A stretch of DNA of 64,000 nt from Camelus dromedarius (taxonomy: Eukaryota): positions 21,018,001 through 21,082,000 of the forward strand of contig NC_087454.1 in the NCBI RefSeq assembly GCF_036321535.1, written 5' to 3'. The notes under the pieces were generated by a model. It did no database searches. It worked only from the letters and a program-made list of their open reading frames with translations, and was not told the DNA's origin. The position numbers and the translations under genes are program-made. Position 1 is the stretch's first letter, and each line of letters begins with the position of its first letter. Shown piece by piece: positions 1 to 11,620 of this stretch.

Positions 1-76
1 ACTGGTTTTGAGATGAGAAATTGTAATTAGAAAAAAATGAAGTGTGGTCTGAGATAAACAACTATAGGTCCACATC

Positions 77-226
77 CTTGGTGAAACATGAAAAGCACAA
101 CATATACATATAATATATATAATATATATATATATAATATATATATATTATATGCTGTGTTTCTCATGTTTCACCAAGAATATATATATATTATATATAT
201 ATATATTATATATATAATATATATAT
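77..226. repeat. AT-rich inverted-repeat structure with (TA)n tracts
   Basis: 77-105 is the reverse complement of 150-178 (26/29). 179-215 is the exact reverse complement of 113-149. Confidence 0.85.
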
Positions 227-274
227 TTTTTTTACATTTAACTGGCTTTTGACAAGAATGCATAAGTCATTTGT

Positions 275-760
275 TTTAAATCAGGTTCCCCTAAAAGCCA
301 AGTCTAAGGGCTTGGGTACAGATGGTTTAACTGGGAGGTGGCCTAGGGAACAAGAGTGATGAAACAGGAACAGTGAAAGAGGAAAGGAGGAAGAAAAACA
401 AAAGACACATGTGTTACTGAGATCACTGCCGTGGACAACGGAGACTCCATGTCACTGAGAAACATCCGGCTTAGCAAACACAATACCTTCCATAAACGTT
501 TGCCTGAAGCACAAGAGTGTTAAACATTTATCTACGCTCTCCTACTCCCCATTGGTTGAGGGTTGCCTCTGGGGCATTAATTCCCCTATAAGTCTTCGGG
601 CTACACTTGAACAGAGCCCAAGTGTCCTCCATTAACATTGGAGACAGCTCTGCGTGGCAAGAAAAGATATGCTTGAGGGAGGACACTGTCAGTGCCAGAT
701 GAGTCTGAATTTTCTCCTAATTTTCTACTGCAGCTGCGACTAAAACCAGAGTTGGGTCAC
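275..760 (-). mobile_element. ERVL-class LTR (LTR16/LTR33-like), decayed
   Basis: tcaggttcccctaaaagcc... and cccattggttgagggttgcc resemble ERVL LTR motifs, and the segment abuts ERVL internal sequence. Family recalled, boundaries approximate. Confidence 0.5.
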
Positions 761-1830
761 AGCGTCGTGACATGGGTGCCAGAGTCCGCCCCTTGCACTG
801 CTAAGACCCGACTGCAGCCCTCATTAAGTCCACTGTGTCGCTGACTCTTTAACCTTGTGGGTGATTCCAAGTACCACAAAAGGCATAACAAAGAGGCCTC
901 ATGGCTTAAGTGCCAGCTCCTGCTGGCCCCAAGGCTGCAACTGACATTCGTCACCTCCCGTTTTAGCTTCCCCTCGCACTATGTCAGGACTTCAACTCGG
1001 CTAACTCGTTTTCTTGATGGGGTGGCACATGCTTTCATCACTTAGAAGACTGAGACCTTACTTGCCGTGCCTTGTCAGTCATGGCTTTCTCCAGGGAAGC
1101 GCAGGGATTCACACCGCCACTCCTCTTGGGACTTGACGGAGACTCCTCGCGCATCCACAGCCGACCACGGACAACGCGGGCTCCGCCGGCTGTGCCAGGC
1201 ACGTGGGCTGCGCAGCGGGGAAGCTCGCATCACAGGCTGGATGTGCTGAAAACCCTCTCTTGCTCTTGGCCCAAACACGTCGTCTATAAATGGGTCAGAG
1301 CAGTGCTCCCGAGCATAAAATAGAATATGCTGCCTCCAGGGTCCAAAGGGATCCCCCAAGTACTGTAGGGAGAACAAGGTGCCCCTCTTACCTTCAAGAT
1401 GCTGTCCCGACATACCCCACACTCTAAAAACCTATGGCTTGAGTCTGGGTAAACAACCAAAAGTCTGTCTGTGGCCCACTGGATCCCCTGGGAGGCAACT
1501 GAGGCCAGAACTTGCTCTGCTGTCTGGGCCCCATAAGCTCTCGTTCTCACCTGGTGGGAATGGCCCCTTTCACATCACCTGGTGCCAGTGCCGTTCGCAC
1601 CTAGTACCCAGCAGCCTTCAAAACGTTTCCTTTACCTGGTACACAATTACTCTAGCAAACGGTCCTTCCTGGTGGTTTTATGTTGGAGGGCACTTCTCCA
1701 AGTGGGCCTGGTCTCCCCTTCAGGCAGTGAATTTGGGGTCGAGAACGGGCTCAGATCTGGAAAGTGGTAACATGGCAGTTTTCCAGTGTGGTGGCTGATA
1801 GTAGCGTACTGGTCACAATCTCCTCAGTTT
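761..1830 (-). mobile_element. ERVL internal fragment (gag/protease region), decayed
   Basis: The minus strand of 1600-1800 (ccagatctgagcccgttctcgacccc...gaaggggagaccaggcccacttggagaag...gctgctgggtactaggtgcgaa) resembles the HERV-L gag-protease junction. No intact ORF. Confidence 0.55.
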
Positions 1831-1899
1831 TTCTGGTGATACAGGCCCGGTAAACCCCTTGTCAGCGTCCCGTCCGTCTCCCCCTAAGGGCACCGCGCT

Positions 1900-2420
1900 A
1901 TGATTGTTACCATCACAGATTCCGGCCGTCCAGCTGCACTTTCAGAACTTCATATACAGGAAATCACACTGCGCGTGCCCTTTTGGGTCTAACTTCTTTC
2001 CCCAACATGACGCTTGTGAGATTCATCCGTGTTGTTGCCTGTATGAGCGAATTGTTCCTTTTTACTCTGTGAAAATATGGAATTTGTTGATCTGTTATTT
2101 CGTTGATAGATTTTTTAGTTATTTCCTGTTCGAGACTAGTATAAATAATGCTGCTCAAAATATTTTTAACAAGTCATTTTGTAGACGTATGTTTACATTT
2201 CTTCAGGCAAAAACTTAGAAGCAGTATTGTGTCATAGGGCAAGTCTATCTTTATAAGAAATAGCCAGACTTAAAAAAATCTGATTGTACTATTTTACACT
2301 CTCAAGAACAAAATGTGAGATTTGGGTTGTAACACACCTTGACATCAGATAATACCAGTTTTTTTTTTTTAACTTAGCCATTTGTGTATGTGCAGTGGTA
2401 TTTATTGGATTTAATTTGCA
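1900..2420 (-). mobile_element. Old L1 3' fragment
   Basis: gtgagattcatccgtgttgttgc and aataatgctgct are typical antisense L1M 3' motifs. Boundaries approximate. Confidence 0.65.
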
Positions 2421-2710
2421 TTCCTATTTAGAGCTTTATTTCACCACTTCGAGTAAAATGTGGACGATTTATAGTCATACAGATCCCTCCACCCTCTCCC
2501 TTTTATGTTACAGTGTCATACAGAGTACTTCTCCATGCAGTGAAAACCCCACTCCGCAATGTTAAAATCTCTGTTCTCTGTTGGAGGCCAAGAATATAAC
2601 TTTGATATTTGGGGTTAACAGAAGGTTGAGTGAAACTACTTATTTTTATTGTACCAAACTTTCAACCATGAAAGGAGAAAGTTTTGGATTGTGTTTGTGA
2701 AACCAAGAAG

Positions 2711-2711
2711 T

Positions 2712-2755
<44 letters not shown>
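2711..2755. repeat. (TG)n microsatellite
   Basis: 19 uninterrupted TG units at 2717-2754, plus an interrupted 5' extension. Confidence 0.97.
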
Positions 2756-2758
<3 letters not shown>

Positions 2759-3189
2759 GGGCCGGGGAGCCGGGTTAATTACATAATGCTTACCTTTGTT
2801 ATGGAGGCAACTCATGTAGGAGTGATTGACTCAAAGGGCAGCTGGGGTGCTAAGTAGAGGATGACTAGTGCTAAGATCAAACACGGTTGGTGCTAAGCCA
2901 TGGCTGTGTGTAGAGTTATGATCCCTGTTAGCAACTGGAGTAAGTCTGACGTACAATTTGAAATGAGAGCATGATGGTGTTGCAAAGAAGAGACAGAACT
3001 TGAAAGAGAAATAGTTGCTTATTTAGCATGTGTATTTATTGTCATTTTATATATGATTATGGATTCAGAGTCAGCTGATTGAAATGGAGTAGTCCACTCA
3101 GGCCACCATGACATAATACCCCAGACTGGTTGGCTTAACAGGTGGAATTTAATTTATATAAGCATTATTATCTATATTATTATCTAATA

Positions 3190-3545
3190 TAGGCCGGGTA
3201 ATATTCCAGGCTAGGGAGATAGTGTTTTGTAAGACAAGGTTCCTCCTATCAAAGAAAACAAATAAAGGTATAAGGTTTATCATATAGTAATGACAGCTCT
3301 GTGTTTAAAAAAAAAAAAGTAACTGGGAGTGATTTGAAGGAACTACTTTAGGCTGAGTGATCAGAAATGGCCATTCTAAGAAAACACTATTTGAACTGAG
3401 ATTTGAATGACAGGAACGAGGCCGTCATTCAAAATCCAAAGCAAACCACTCCAGGCATTGAGAACAGGAGTGCGAATCACTAAGGTGGGATCAACCTCAC
3501 AGGTGTGAGGGACACACAGCCAGCTAGTGTGGCTGAGTTACTGGG
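3190..3545 (+). mobile_element. L2 fragment
   Basis: acaaggttcctcctatcaaag and tttgaactgagatttgaatgacagga are L2-type motifs. Confidence 0.55.
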
Positions 3546-4612
3546 AGCGGGAGAACGTCATGTTTGGAGTGGATAAAGCAGTCGGGAAAGACACTCTGTA
3601 GAAGACTTATTTGGATTTCTCTGTGCTTTTCTGGAAAACACCCTGGCCACAGCAGACCGAAAGGGAAAATGTGGTAATGCTGGCTTCTCTCCAGTGAAAC
3701 CAAAGCCTGTGGTTCACAAGATGAAGAGGAAATTATAAGACTGTTCTCAGACAAGTCATCATTCACTGAAAAAAGCAAGCCATAAAAATATCTTAAAATA
3801 GTGCATAAGAGACAGACAAATCAATTATTTCTCATTGAGAATCACATATAAATTAATTTGCTGTGAGTTTGGGGCACAAGATGGAATAGAATTTGTGGTA
3901 GTTATATTAAGTAGAAAAGGTCTATTGGACCTAAAAGTGATTCATCTGCACATTGTCTGTGGTGGAACAATACCATCCTCCCTAATTCCCTTTGCAGAGG
4001 ATTTGATCTGGAAATTACTTGTGCTACTAATAGAAATGAAGGAGAATTTGTAAGGATTCCCTGTTCCCATATGTGGTGATTGGCATGCAATTTACCTCTC
4101 ACCGTCTTCTAGTGCTTTTGTCCTGTACTGTAGACAATGTGAAACTGTAAAAGTACATTTCTGGATAATCTTGGATGTCATCTAGCTTTGGCGAATCAGC
4201 CACATTCTGGGGAAGCGTGGACATGCTTAGATTTTTCCTCTCCTGAAAAGACGCTTATGTGGAGGTGCTTTGGGTTTTGGGTGATGTTTTTGTTTGTTTG
4301 TTTGTATTGGTGGCAGAATTTGGAGTTATTTTCCTGTCTGAAAACTTACTTCATGATGTAGAGAGGCAGCATGCTGCGTGTCCTTGTTACTGGTGCAGAC
4401 TGTGGCAGGTGACATAGGACATCACCCAGACATCAAAGCCAATTATAAAATTATGGTAATTAAAAGTGTGGTATTAGCACAGGAGTACAAAAGATACATC
4501 GAAGAAAATAGAAAAGATTCCAGAAACAGATGAACCCCTGAAACAGAGATCTTCATGTAGCCAGCCAGCAAGTATTTAGTGAGCACTTACTGTATACCAG
4601 GCACTATAGTGA

Positions 4613-5225
4613 TGTCAACTGGGAAAAAACATACACAACCTAAAAGTTGAGACATCTTTTATTCAGCAGACTTGCTGAGGACTTAAGCTGGGAAGACAGC
4701 CTGTGAGATTGCTCTGAGGGGCTGCTCCGAAGAGATAAGGGAGGAGCCAGGATATACAGGAGATTTTAACAACAAAAACCAGGTAGTGGGAACATCAAAT
4801 ATTACTGTTAATTAAAGAAAAAACAAACATCCCATATGGTTTTGATTTTAACAGGATTGTGAAATTTTGTGTAATCTAATTGTGGATTATATCGTTTAAG
4901 TGTTTTTGTATGTTTTTTACCTCTGAATATGTATCTTTTTAGCACCTGGGTTTTATTTTATTTTTGTTTACACAGTAAAGTGGCATTTAACTTATTGAAA
5001 GTTGTATTCTTTTGTCTTTTATTTTAAAAGTTCTTTGTACTACTGTGATAATGCTCTGTAATGACTATGGTTAAATTTCATTTAATGTGAAATATTTAAA
5101 GTAAATTTGCAAAACAAGAAAAAATATCTCAAGTTAATGAATTTAGCATGTTTCTATGTACAGGAAGATGCAAGAATCTGGACTGAATGAAGTTTTTCCT
5201 TTGATATGCACCTCAACCCATGTTT
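4613..5225 (-). mobile_element. ERV1/MER41-like LTR split by an insertion at about 4832-5120
   Basis: Terminal tgtcaac at 4613. The LTR text runs to aattaaagaaaa (~4820) and resumes at atatctcaagttaatgaatttagc...gatatgcacctca (~5124-5215). Confidence 0.6.
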
Positions 5226-5411
5226 TTCTAGTCTCCTTGCCGGGATATGACCTTCTGTGGGACATAACTGAACTTGAGAATCTGACCTTTTCTTTGTCAG
5301 TGTTTCCCCATTACCACCACCTTTATACTCAGTAAGAATTAGGAACACAAGTGAGTCACAAATCTATTTAACTTTGAAAAGTATTTTACTGAAAGATAAG
5401 AGAGTTTGATA

Positions 5412-5417
5412 TTTAAT
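5412..5417 (-). terminator. Probable polyadenylation signal (ATTAAA) of the DYB-like gene
   Basis: Minus-strand aattaaa at the end of a DQB-like 3'UTR, about 420 nt past the stop. Confidence 0.45.
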
Positions 5418-5574
5418 TCATGGGCAGTCTTCCTGAAGAGAACACAGTCAGAAGTGCCCGTGGGAGTATTTATGGTTCAGACAGACACAGCAGGCAACAT
5501 GAAGAACAGCACGTCAACTACGCGAGGCAGGGAAGCAGGGGCACAGGCAGAAATTCAGAAAAGACAGAAACTAA

Positions 5575-5657
5575 GGGGGAGGGTGTAGCTCACGTGGTAA
5601 AGCGCCTGCTCAGCATGCATGAGGTCCTGGGTTCAATCCCCAGTCCCTCCACTAAGG
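5575..5657 (+). mobile_element. tRNA-Ala-derived SINE (camelid vic-1 type) with 15-bp TSD
   Basis: GGGGGAGGGTGTAGCTCA...GGTTCAATCCCCAGTCCCTCCA has Pol III A and B boxes. A perfect TSD aaagacagaaactaa lies at 5560-5574 and 5658-5672. Confidence 0.9.
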
Positions 5658-8192
5658 AAAGACAGAAACTAAAGGAGGATCTGCCTCCCAGGCACTGTGG
5701 AAGCCAGATCTCGATGGGTGACAGCTGGCGGGGGGGGGGGGGGGGCCGAGAGAAGGGAGGCTGGGAACCACGGACAAGAACAGCAGGACAAAATCAAGGA
5801 AAAGAGGGGACAAATCCCAGGAAGAAGAACGTTTGGGGTCAGTGCACGATCCCTGCAGGAGAGAGAAGAGTCGTAAGTCACACCAGTCCCTGAAGAAGAC
5901 TCAGCCCCTGCCCTCCCGCGGCGCCGTCTGCAGCACCAGAACCCGAAGGTTAACCCTGTGTAACATCCGCTCCCCATTACCTCGCTGGACATGAGCAAAG
6001 ACGACACTCTGCTAAAGTGAACACAAATCTGCAGCTCGAAGGGGCGTGTGGAAGGCAGGGGAGCGTAAGGAAATGCTTCTGTGGAGCACAGGTCATGGAC
6101 TCCCCGGATAGGACTGTGACTACTGTCAGCTCCCCTACCAGCTAGCTCGAGACTACTTTCTATAATTTTGGAGTCTGGGGCATCATTCAAACCTCGCTGA
6201 ATGGTTGGGTCTTATTCTAGGGGACAATCTCTGAAGTTTCCTGCAGAGACTGCACAGAATGTTCCAGACATTTCCCCTGCCCCAGCTCACATGAATGAAT
6301 GTGACATGAAGCAGGGACAAAATAACAGAAGCACATTCGAGGGTCTGATAAACCCACTCAGCTCCTTTCCTGTAGTGTTTGTGTCGCAGTCCTGGGCGGG
6401 AAGAGTAGGAATACTACCTGTGGCAGAGCCTCAGGATAGTCTGTCATCGGCAAGAATGGGAAGAGAAGAGGAAGAAAAACTCATCAGCCCGGGTAGTGGG
6501 AAAATTCCATCTCTCTCTCTCTCTATCTCAGCCTCCAAAAGGAAATGAGGGGGCAGCTTATTTCCTCCTCGCCCACCCACGTACAGTGAGGATTCAACTG
6601 CCACAAAGTAAGATCACCCGGAAGTCAGTGAGCTGGCCCCCACAGGAAGATAAAGAGAGACTCTGAGTCTAAGGAAAGAAGCTCAGAGCAGGAAAGCCCA
6701 TGTTAATAATCGCCCACGAAAGTAAGGACAACATGAGAGCTTCTCTAAGGATAACCCCCCACCTCTCACGTCTGTGACGAAGCAAACCTGACCCAAGAAA
6801 AGGAGGTCTCTGAAGTCTCCCTAATTTCTGCAAATCTACTACCATCCTCAGCTCAGTTCCTTTGTGGGGTCAGGTAGGAAAATTTACAACAGAATGCCTC
6901 AGCCCTGCACCAGCCTTCCCCGTTTTCTCCCAAGGTGCCTTACCTTTCTTATTCCAAAAGTGATCGATTAGGCCAAAACCTAAGAAGAGCAGACCCAGCA
7001 CAAAACCCCCAACTCCACTCAGCAGCTGGCTCTGGGCAGATTCAGACTGTGCCCCTGGGAAGTAAAGCCTGTGTGTCAGTGTCTGTCCTCATGCCCCACA
7101 GTGTTCTCGTCTGGAAACCTAGAGACCAGCCCTGATTATAAGAGACAGAGGAGCTCAGAGATCAAAGTGGGCGAGCGATGGAGGGGGGAGAGCATGCAAA
7201 GACCCCAAGGGGACAGTGCAGGTGGATGGTGAGGGGGATGTTAGCTCCTCACAAGGTATGTCCATCTACAACTGCTACAGACCATCTTCAAACACCAGCC
7301 TTGATGTCAAAGCCCAGAATTTCAGAATTTCAGAAGGTGCACGGCCAAGGCTAAATGCAGCCTGGGGAGTCAGGTCGTGTGAGGGGAGCACCATCATATC
7401 TTGGGAAAAAATGAGATCACTGTTCAACATGTGCCTTTTGACGTGAAATCATGGGAGCTAGTCCTCCATGACTTCCAGCTCAGAAATTCCATCAGGGAGT
7501 CGTGCAGGAGAGGAGATTATGAGGTATGCAGGACACAGCATAAATAAGGAGAGATCCCCCCCACCAGACCCAGAGTTCTCCCTGCACTTTGTGTTTTCTG
7601 CTGAGTCCGTGGTGCCTATGATGTAGCCCTTACGCCATTCTACTGTGATGGGACTCCGGAGGCTGGGGTGCCCCACATGGCAAGTGTAGATATCGCCACG
7701 CCGTGGTATTATTTCTAGCATCACGAGGATCTGGTAGGTCCAGTCCCCATTCTGAATAAGAGGTGTAAACACAACTCAGGCTGTCTACTCCTGTCCATTC
7801 CGGAACCATCTGACTTTAACTTGGCGAGGGTAGAAATTTGTCACCGAACAGACCAGCAGATTATGGTGGTTTAGAGCCTCTGTCCTGGCTGGGGAGACAG
7901 TCACTATAGGCTCCACTAGGAGGGAAAAGAGACAAAATTAGACAGTAAGGCAGCAAAGCGCCTGAAACCTCTCCTTTGATTCTAAAGTAGAGAAGATCAC
8001 AGGTATTAAATAGTCGTCTGTTGGACTCCTAGCTCTGGGTTTAATTAGCTAATTGGTTAGCCCACTTTTCAGGAAAAGAATATCTTTATTTCGTGCTCAC
8101 TGGTTTCTTGAACAAGATAATTTATGCGAAAGCTCTTTGTAACACAGACTGGATATCTCTGGTTTTGGTTTTGGGGATTTGGGGGGGTTCCA

Positions 8193-8670
8193 TTTTTTAA
8201 TAGAAGTATAGTCAGCTTACAATATTGTATCAATTTCTAGTGTACAGCATGATGTTTCAGTCATATGTATACACACATATATTCCTTTTCATATTCTTTT
8301 TCCTTATAGGTCACTGTGAGATATCAAATATAGTTTCCTGCACTATACAGTAGAAACTTGTTGTTTATTTTATATATAGCAGTTAGTATCTGCAAATCTT
8401 GAACTCCTGATTTATCCCTTCCCACCCACCTTTCCCCTCTGGTAAACTTAAATTTGATTTCTATGTCTGTGATTCTGTTTCTGTTTTGAAAATAAGTTCA
8501 TTTGTGTCTTTTTTTTTTAGATTCCACATATGAGTGATATCATATGATATCTCTGTCTGACTTACTTCACTTAGAATGACAATCTCCAGGTCCATCCATG
8601 TTGCTGCAAATGGCATTATCTTATTCTTTTTTATGACTGAGTAGTATTCCATTGTATAAATATACCACAA
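8193..8670 (-). mobile_element. Cetartiodactyl-type L1 3' end in DYB intron 2
   Basis: ttttttaatagaagtatagtc...gtacagcat...gcaaatggcattatc...agtagtattccattgt is an antisense L1 3'UTR plus ORF2 end. Confidence 0.85.
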
Positions 8671-9729
8671 CTTATTTCTGACTGGATAACTTTTAAAATA
8701 TGCATATATACATATTCATGTGTGTATACACACGTGCAAAGTGTGCTATGCACACAGTTGGGGGACCAGTTCAAGCTCCACCCCCCTGCCTCAGTTATGC
8801 TTACAGAAGCATTGCTCTTAAGGATGGAACTAAAAGGGTGAGAGAACTTAATAGAAAAAGAAAGAGAAGGTGGAGAAAAGGAGAGCATTTCAAGGAGAAA
8901 GAACCACTTCTGCAAGAGGAAGAACTAAGGAGTCAAACAAGAATTAGATGTCATAGAACGTTATGGAGTCCATGTGGTGTGAGGGACTCAGAAGCCCCGC
9001 CACATATGATAAATCTTGCGACCTGTGAAAGATTGACGTTCAGAGCGCCGAGGATGCCAGCGGCTGCCCCCAGTGCAGGGTTTGTCCTGCTTAGATTTTC
9101 ACATCCTCCCATCTCTGTCCAGCCAGGTGCTCCAACGTTTTTTCCCTGGGAACTTGAAACCCCTTCCAGTCCCACCAAGATCCTAGGAAACCACAGAAGA
9201 TCCCTTTCTTGGGGCCTTCCCAGTAGGATCCAGGTGAAGTCCATCCCGCCCATCCCAAACTCACCTCTCCGCTGACTGGTGAAGCCAGAAGTCCCCTGGT
9301 AGTCGTGCCTGCACAGCGTGTCCACGTGGGCCTGAAACACCGCCAGGAAGTCCTTCTGGCTGTTCCAAATCTTAGCCCACTACCACCCTAGCTCTGATAC
9401 AGCCACAAACTCGTCCAGGTCGCTGTCAAAGTGCAGGATCTCTTCCTTGTTGTAGATTTGTCTGACCACCAGCTTCACGTGCTCCGTCCCATTGGTGAAG
9501 TAGCACATGCTTTTAAACTGGTACACAAAGTTCTCTGCGAGAGACCCCAGCGGCAATAGATTTAGTTCAGCCTTGCATTCCCACCAACCAAATGCTTAGT
9601 GAGGGGAGGCATGAAAAAGGGAAGGAAAACACCAGTGCAGCTAAGTGACTGAATAAAATCTGCTCTCAGCCCTCAGAACTGTATCCCCAGGAAGGATTTA
9701 GGGAATTTCACTGTCTCAAATCCTGCAGT

Positions 9730-11620
9730 GAACATTAAAGAAAATCGAATGTAAAGCAAGAAAAATAATGGAACGATGGTTGGTAATGAAGGAATAAAAC
9801 TGTCAGTATTTGCATATGATAAATCTGTGAATGAAGAAAATCCAAAATTATCTACTGCTAAAGGAATTTAAAGCAATAGAGAGTTCAAAAAGTAACTGGA
9901 ATAAAGATTCACTTTCAAACATTCTGTAGACAAGAAACAAATTCTAAATACATTTTAATTATACCATTACTGACAGCATGAAAAATTATGAGTCTCTAGG
10001 AGTAAATCCTACAAAGGATATTAAGACTTCATAAAGGAAAGGTACTAAATTTTAGGAGATACATTAAAATACTCCTAAAAAAAAAGATACATCTTGTGCA
10101 TGAATTTAAGACAATATTATAAAGATGACAATTCACCCAAGTGAATTTAAAATTGTTAGTTTTTTAATTATTTAAAACTTTATAAGCTGATTCTAAAACT
10201 TAATACAAGTACAAGAAGCAAAAATTAGTCAAACTACTCTTGAAGAAGTAAACACAGTGAAAAAAATTGCTCTCTTGGATGTCAAGATAGCAAATAAAAC
10301 TATGGTAGTTACACGCTACATTATTGGCACAAACGTAGAAAAATAAACAGGTGGCATAATGTATCCCAAAATAATCTCCATACACTAAATTTATGACCAA
10401 GGGGGTGCTTCAGATCAGTGGGGAAACAATGCTTTTGTTAATAAATGGTGTTGTGATAAACGGGTAGCCGTGGTGGGGGAGGGGAAGTTGGACACATTCC
10501 TCACACCCTTTACAAACTAAACCTGGATGAGTTAAAGCCCTGAGTCTGAAATGCAGTCCTACCAATGCATTAGAAGATGAAATTAGAGAATGACTTTGGA
10601 AGTATAAAGTACTTCTTAAACAAATCATTAAAAGCACTAACCATAAAGAGAAAAGATTGATTAATTCAACTTCATGCAAATTAACAACTGCTCATCAAAA
10701 GATATCATTAGAGAGTTAAAAAGACAAGCTGCAAACTGCAAACAAGTATCTGCAAAGCATGTACTGACCATGGGCTTGGTTCATAATATTTTTGTATCTT
10801 TTAAAAACAAATAAGAAAAGACTTAGGTACATCAGTAAAGAGTAAACACCAGTGGGCGATAAACATGCAGAATTGCTCGTCTCGTTGGTAATGAGAGAAG
10901 TGCAAGGTGAAACACAGTGAACTACCACTCCATACCCACCAAGCGGCCAAACACACGAAAGTCTAAAATACAAAAGTGCCAGGAATTGGGTTCCTTTATC
11001 AGCCACTTCTGAGAGCACATGGAGAGATAATTAATTTGAATGACACTTGGGCATTCCGTTGTAAAGCTGAAGATAGGCATAAACGTTTGACACTCCAATT
11101 CCAGTCTGAGTATGTATTCTAGTCTAAAAAAGTTGCAGGTTCGTATGCTCCAGAATACATTTTTTTTAAAATGGTAGTAATACAAAAGTGCACATTAGAA
11201 TGGGTAAGTACATTGTTGTACACTCATCAAATGAAAACTATGCACAACGATGAAAATGGATGGACAACCGCTACATGAAAGACCATGACAGATCTTCTCA
11301 AACATAATACTGAGCAAAAGAAGTGAGATGGAATATAGCATTTATAGAACATTTAAAGGGGGAAATACTAATCTATATTGATTAAGGATATGTTCATATA
11401 TGTTAAAACCATAACAAAAAGCAATAATATTAAGATTACAAGGGTGATAATAGTGCTTACTTCTGGGAAGAAGAAGAGGGTGTAATTGGGAAGAAACATA
11501 TGTGAGTCTTTGGTGGTGCTCATAATAGTCATTTTTGACCTGGTTATTGTTTATTTGGATATTTCTTTATAACTTTTGTTAAATTTTACATATATGGTTT
11601 AACCAATGTCTGTACAATGT
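9730..11620 (+). mobile_element. Old L1 (L1M/L1ME-like) ORF2-3'UTR remnant in DYB intron 1
   Basis: aaaactgtcagtatttgcatatgat, ggagtaaatcctacaaagga and tggcacaaacgtaga are decayed L1 RT/C-terminal motifs. Boundaries approximate. Confidence 0.75.

Noticed and set aside
3560-4400. Possible processed pseudogene (one minus frame gives serpin-like ITFRSNRPFLLNI)
   Set aside because: All frames are broken by stops, and the flanking residues do not fit a serpin reactive loop or any family I recognise. TBLASTX and RepeatMasker are needed.
1-5400. DYA or another class II alpha partner gene
   Set aside because: No alpha-chain exon was recognisable on either strand. The interval is repeats. A partner would lie outside the window to the left.
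5575-5657. tRNA-Ala(AGC) gene (also 41830-41915 and 50513-50620)
   Set aside because: An extra 5' GGGGGA, stem mismatches, TSDs or A-rich tails, and three diverged dispersed copies indicate SINEs rather than functional tRNA genes.
6211-6240. Alternative DYB terminal exon after ctgcag at 6241-6243
   Set aside because: A better terminal exon (GG ATC GTG CAC TGA, 14 nt, DQB-type, strong pyrimidine tract) lies at 5839-5852.
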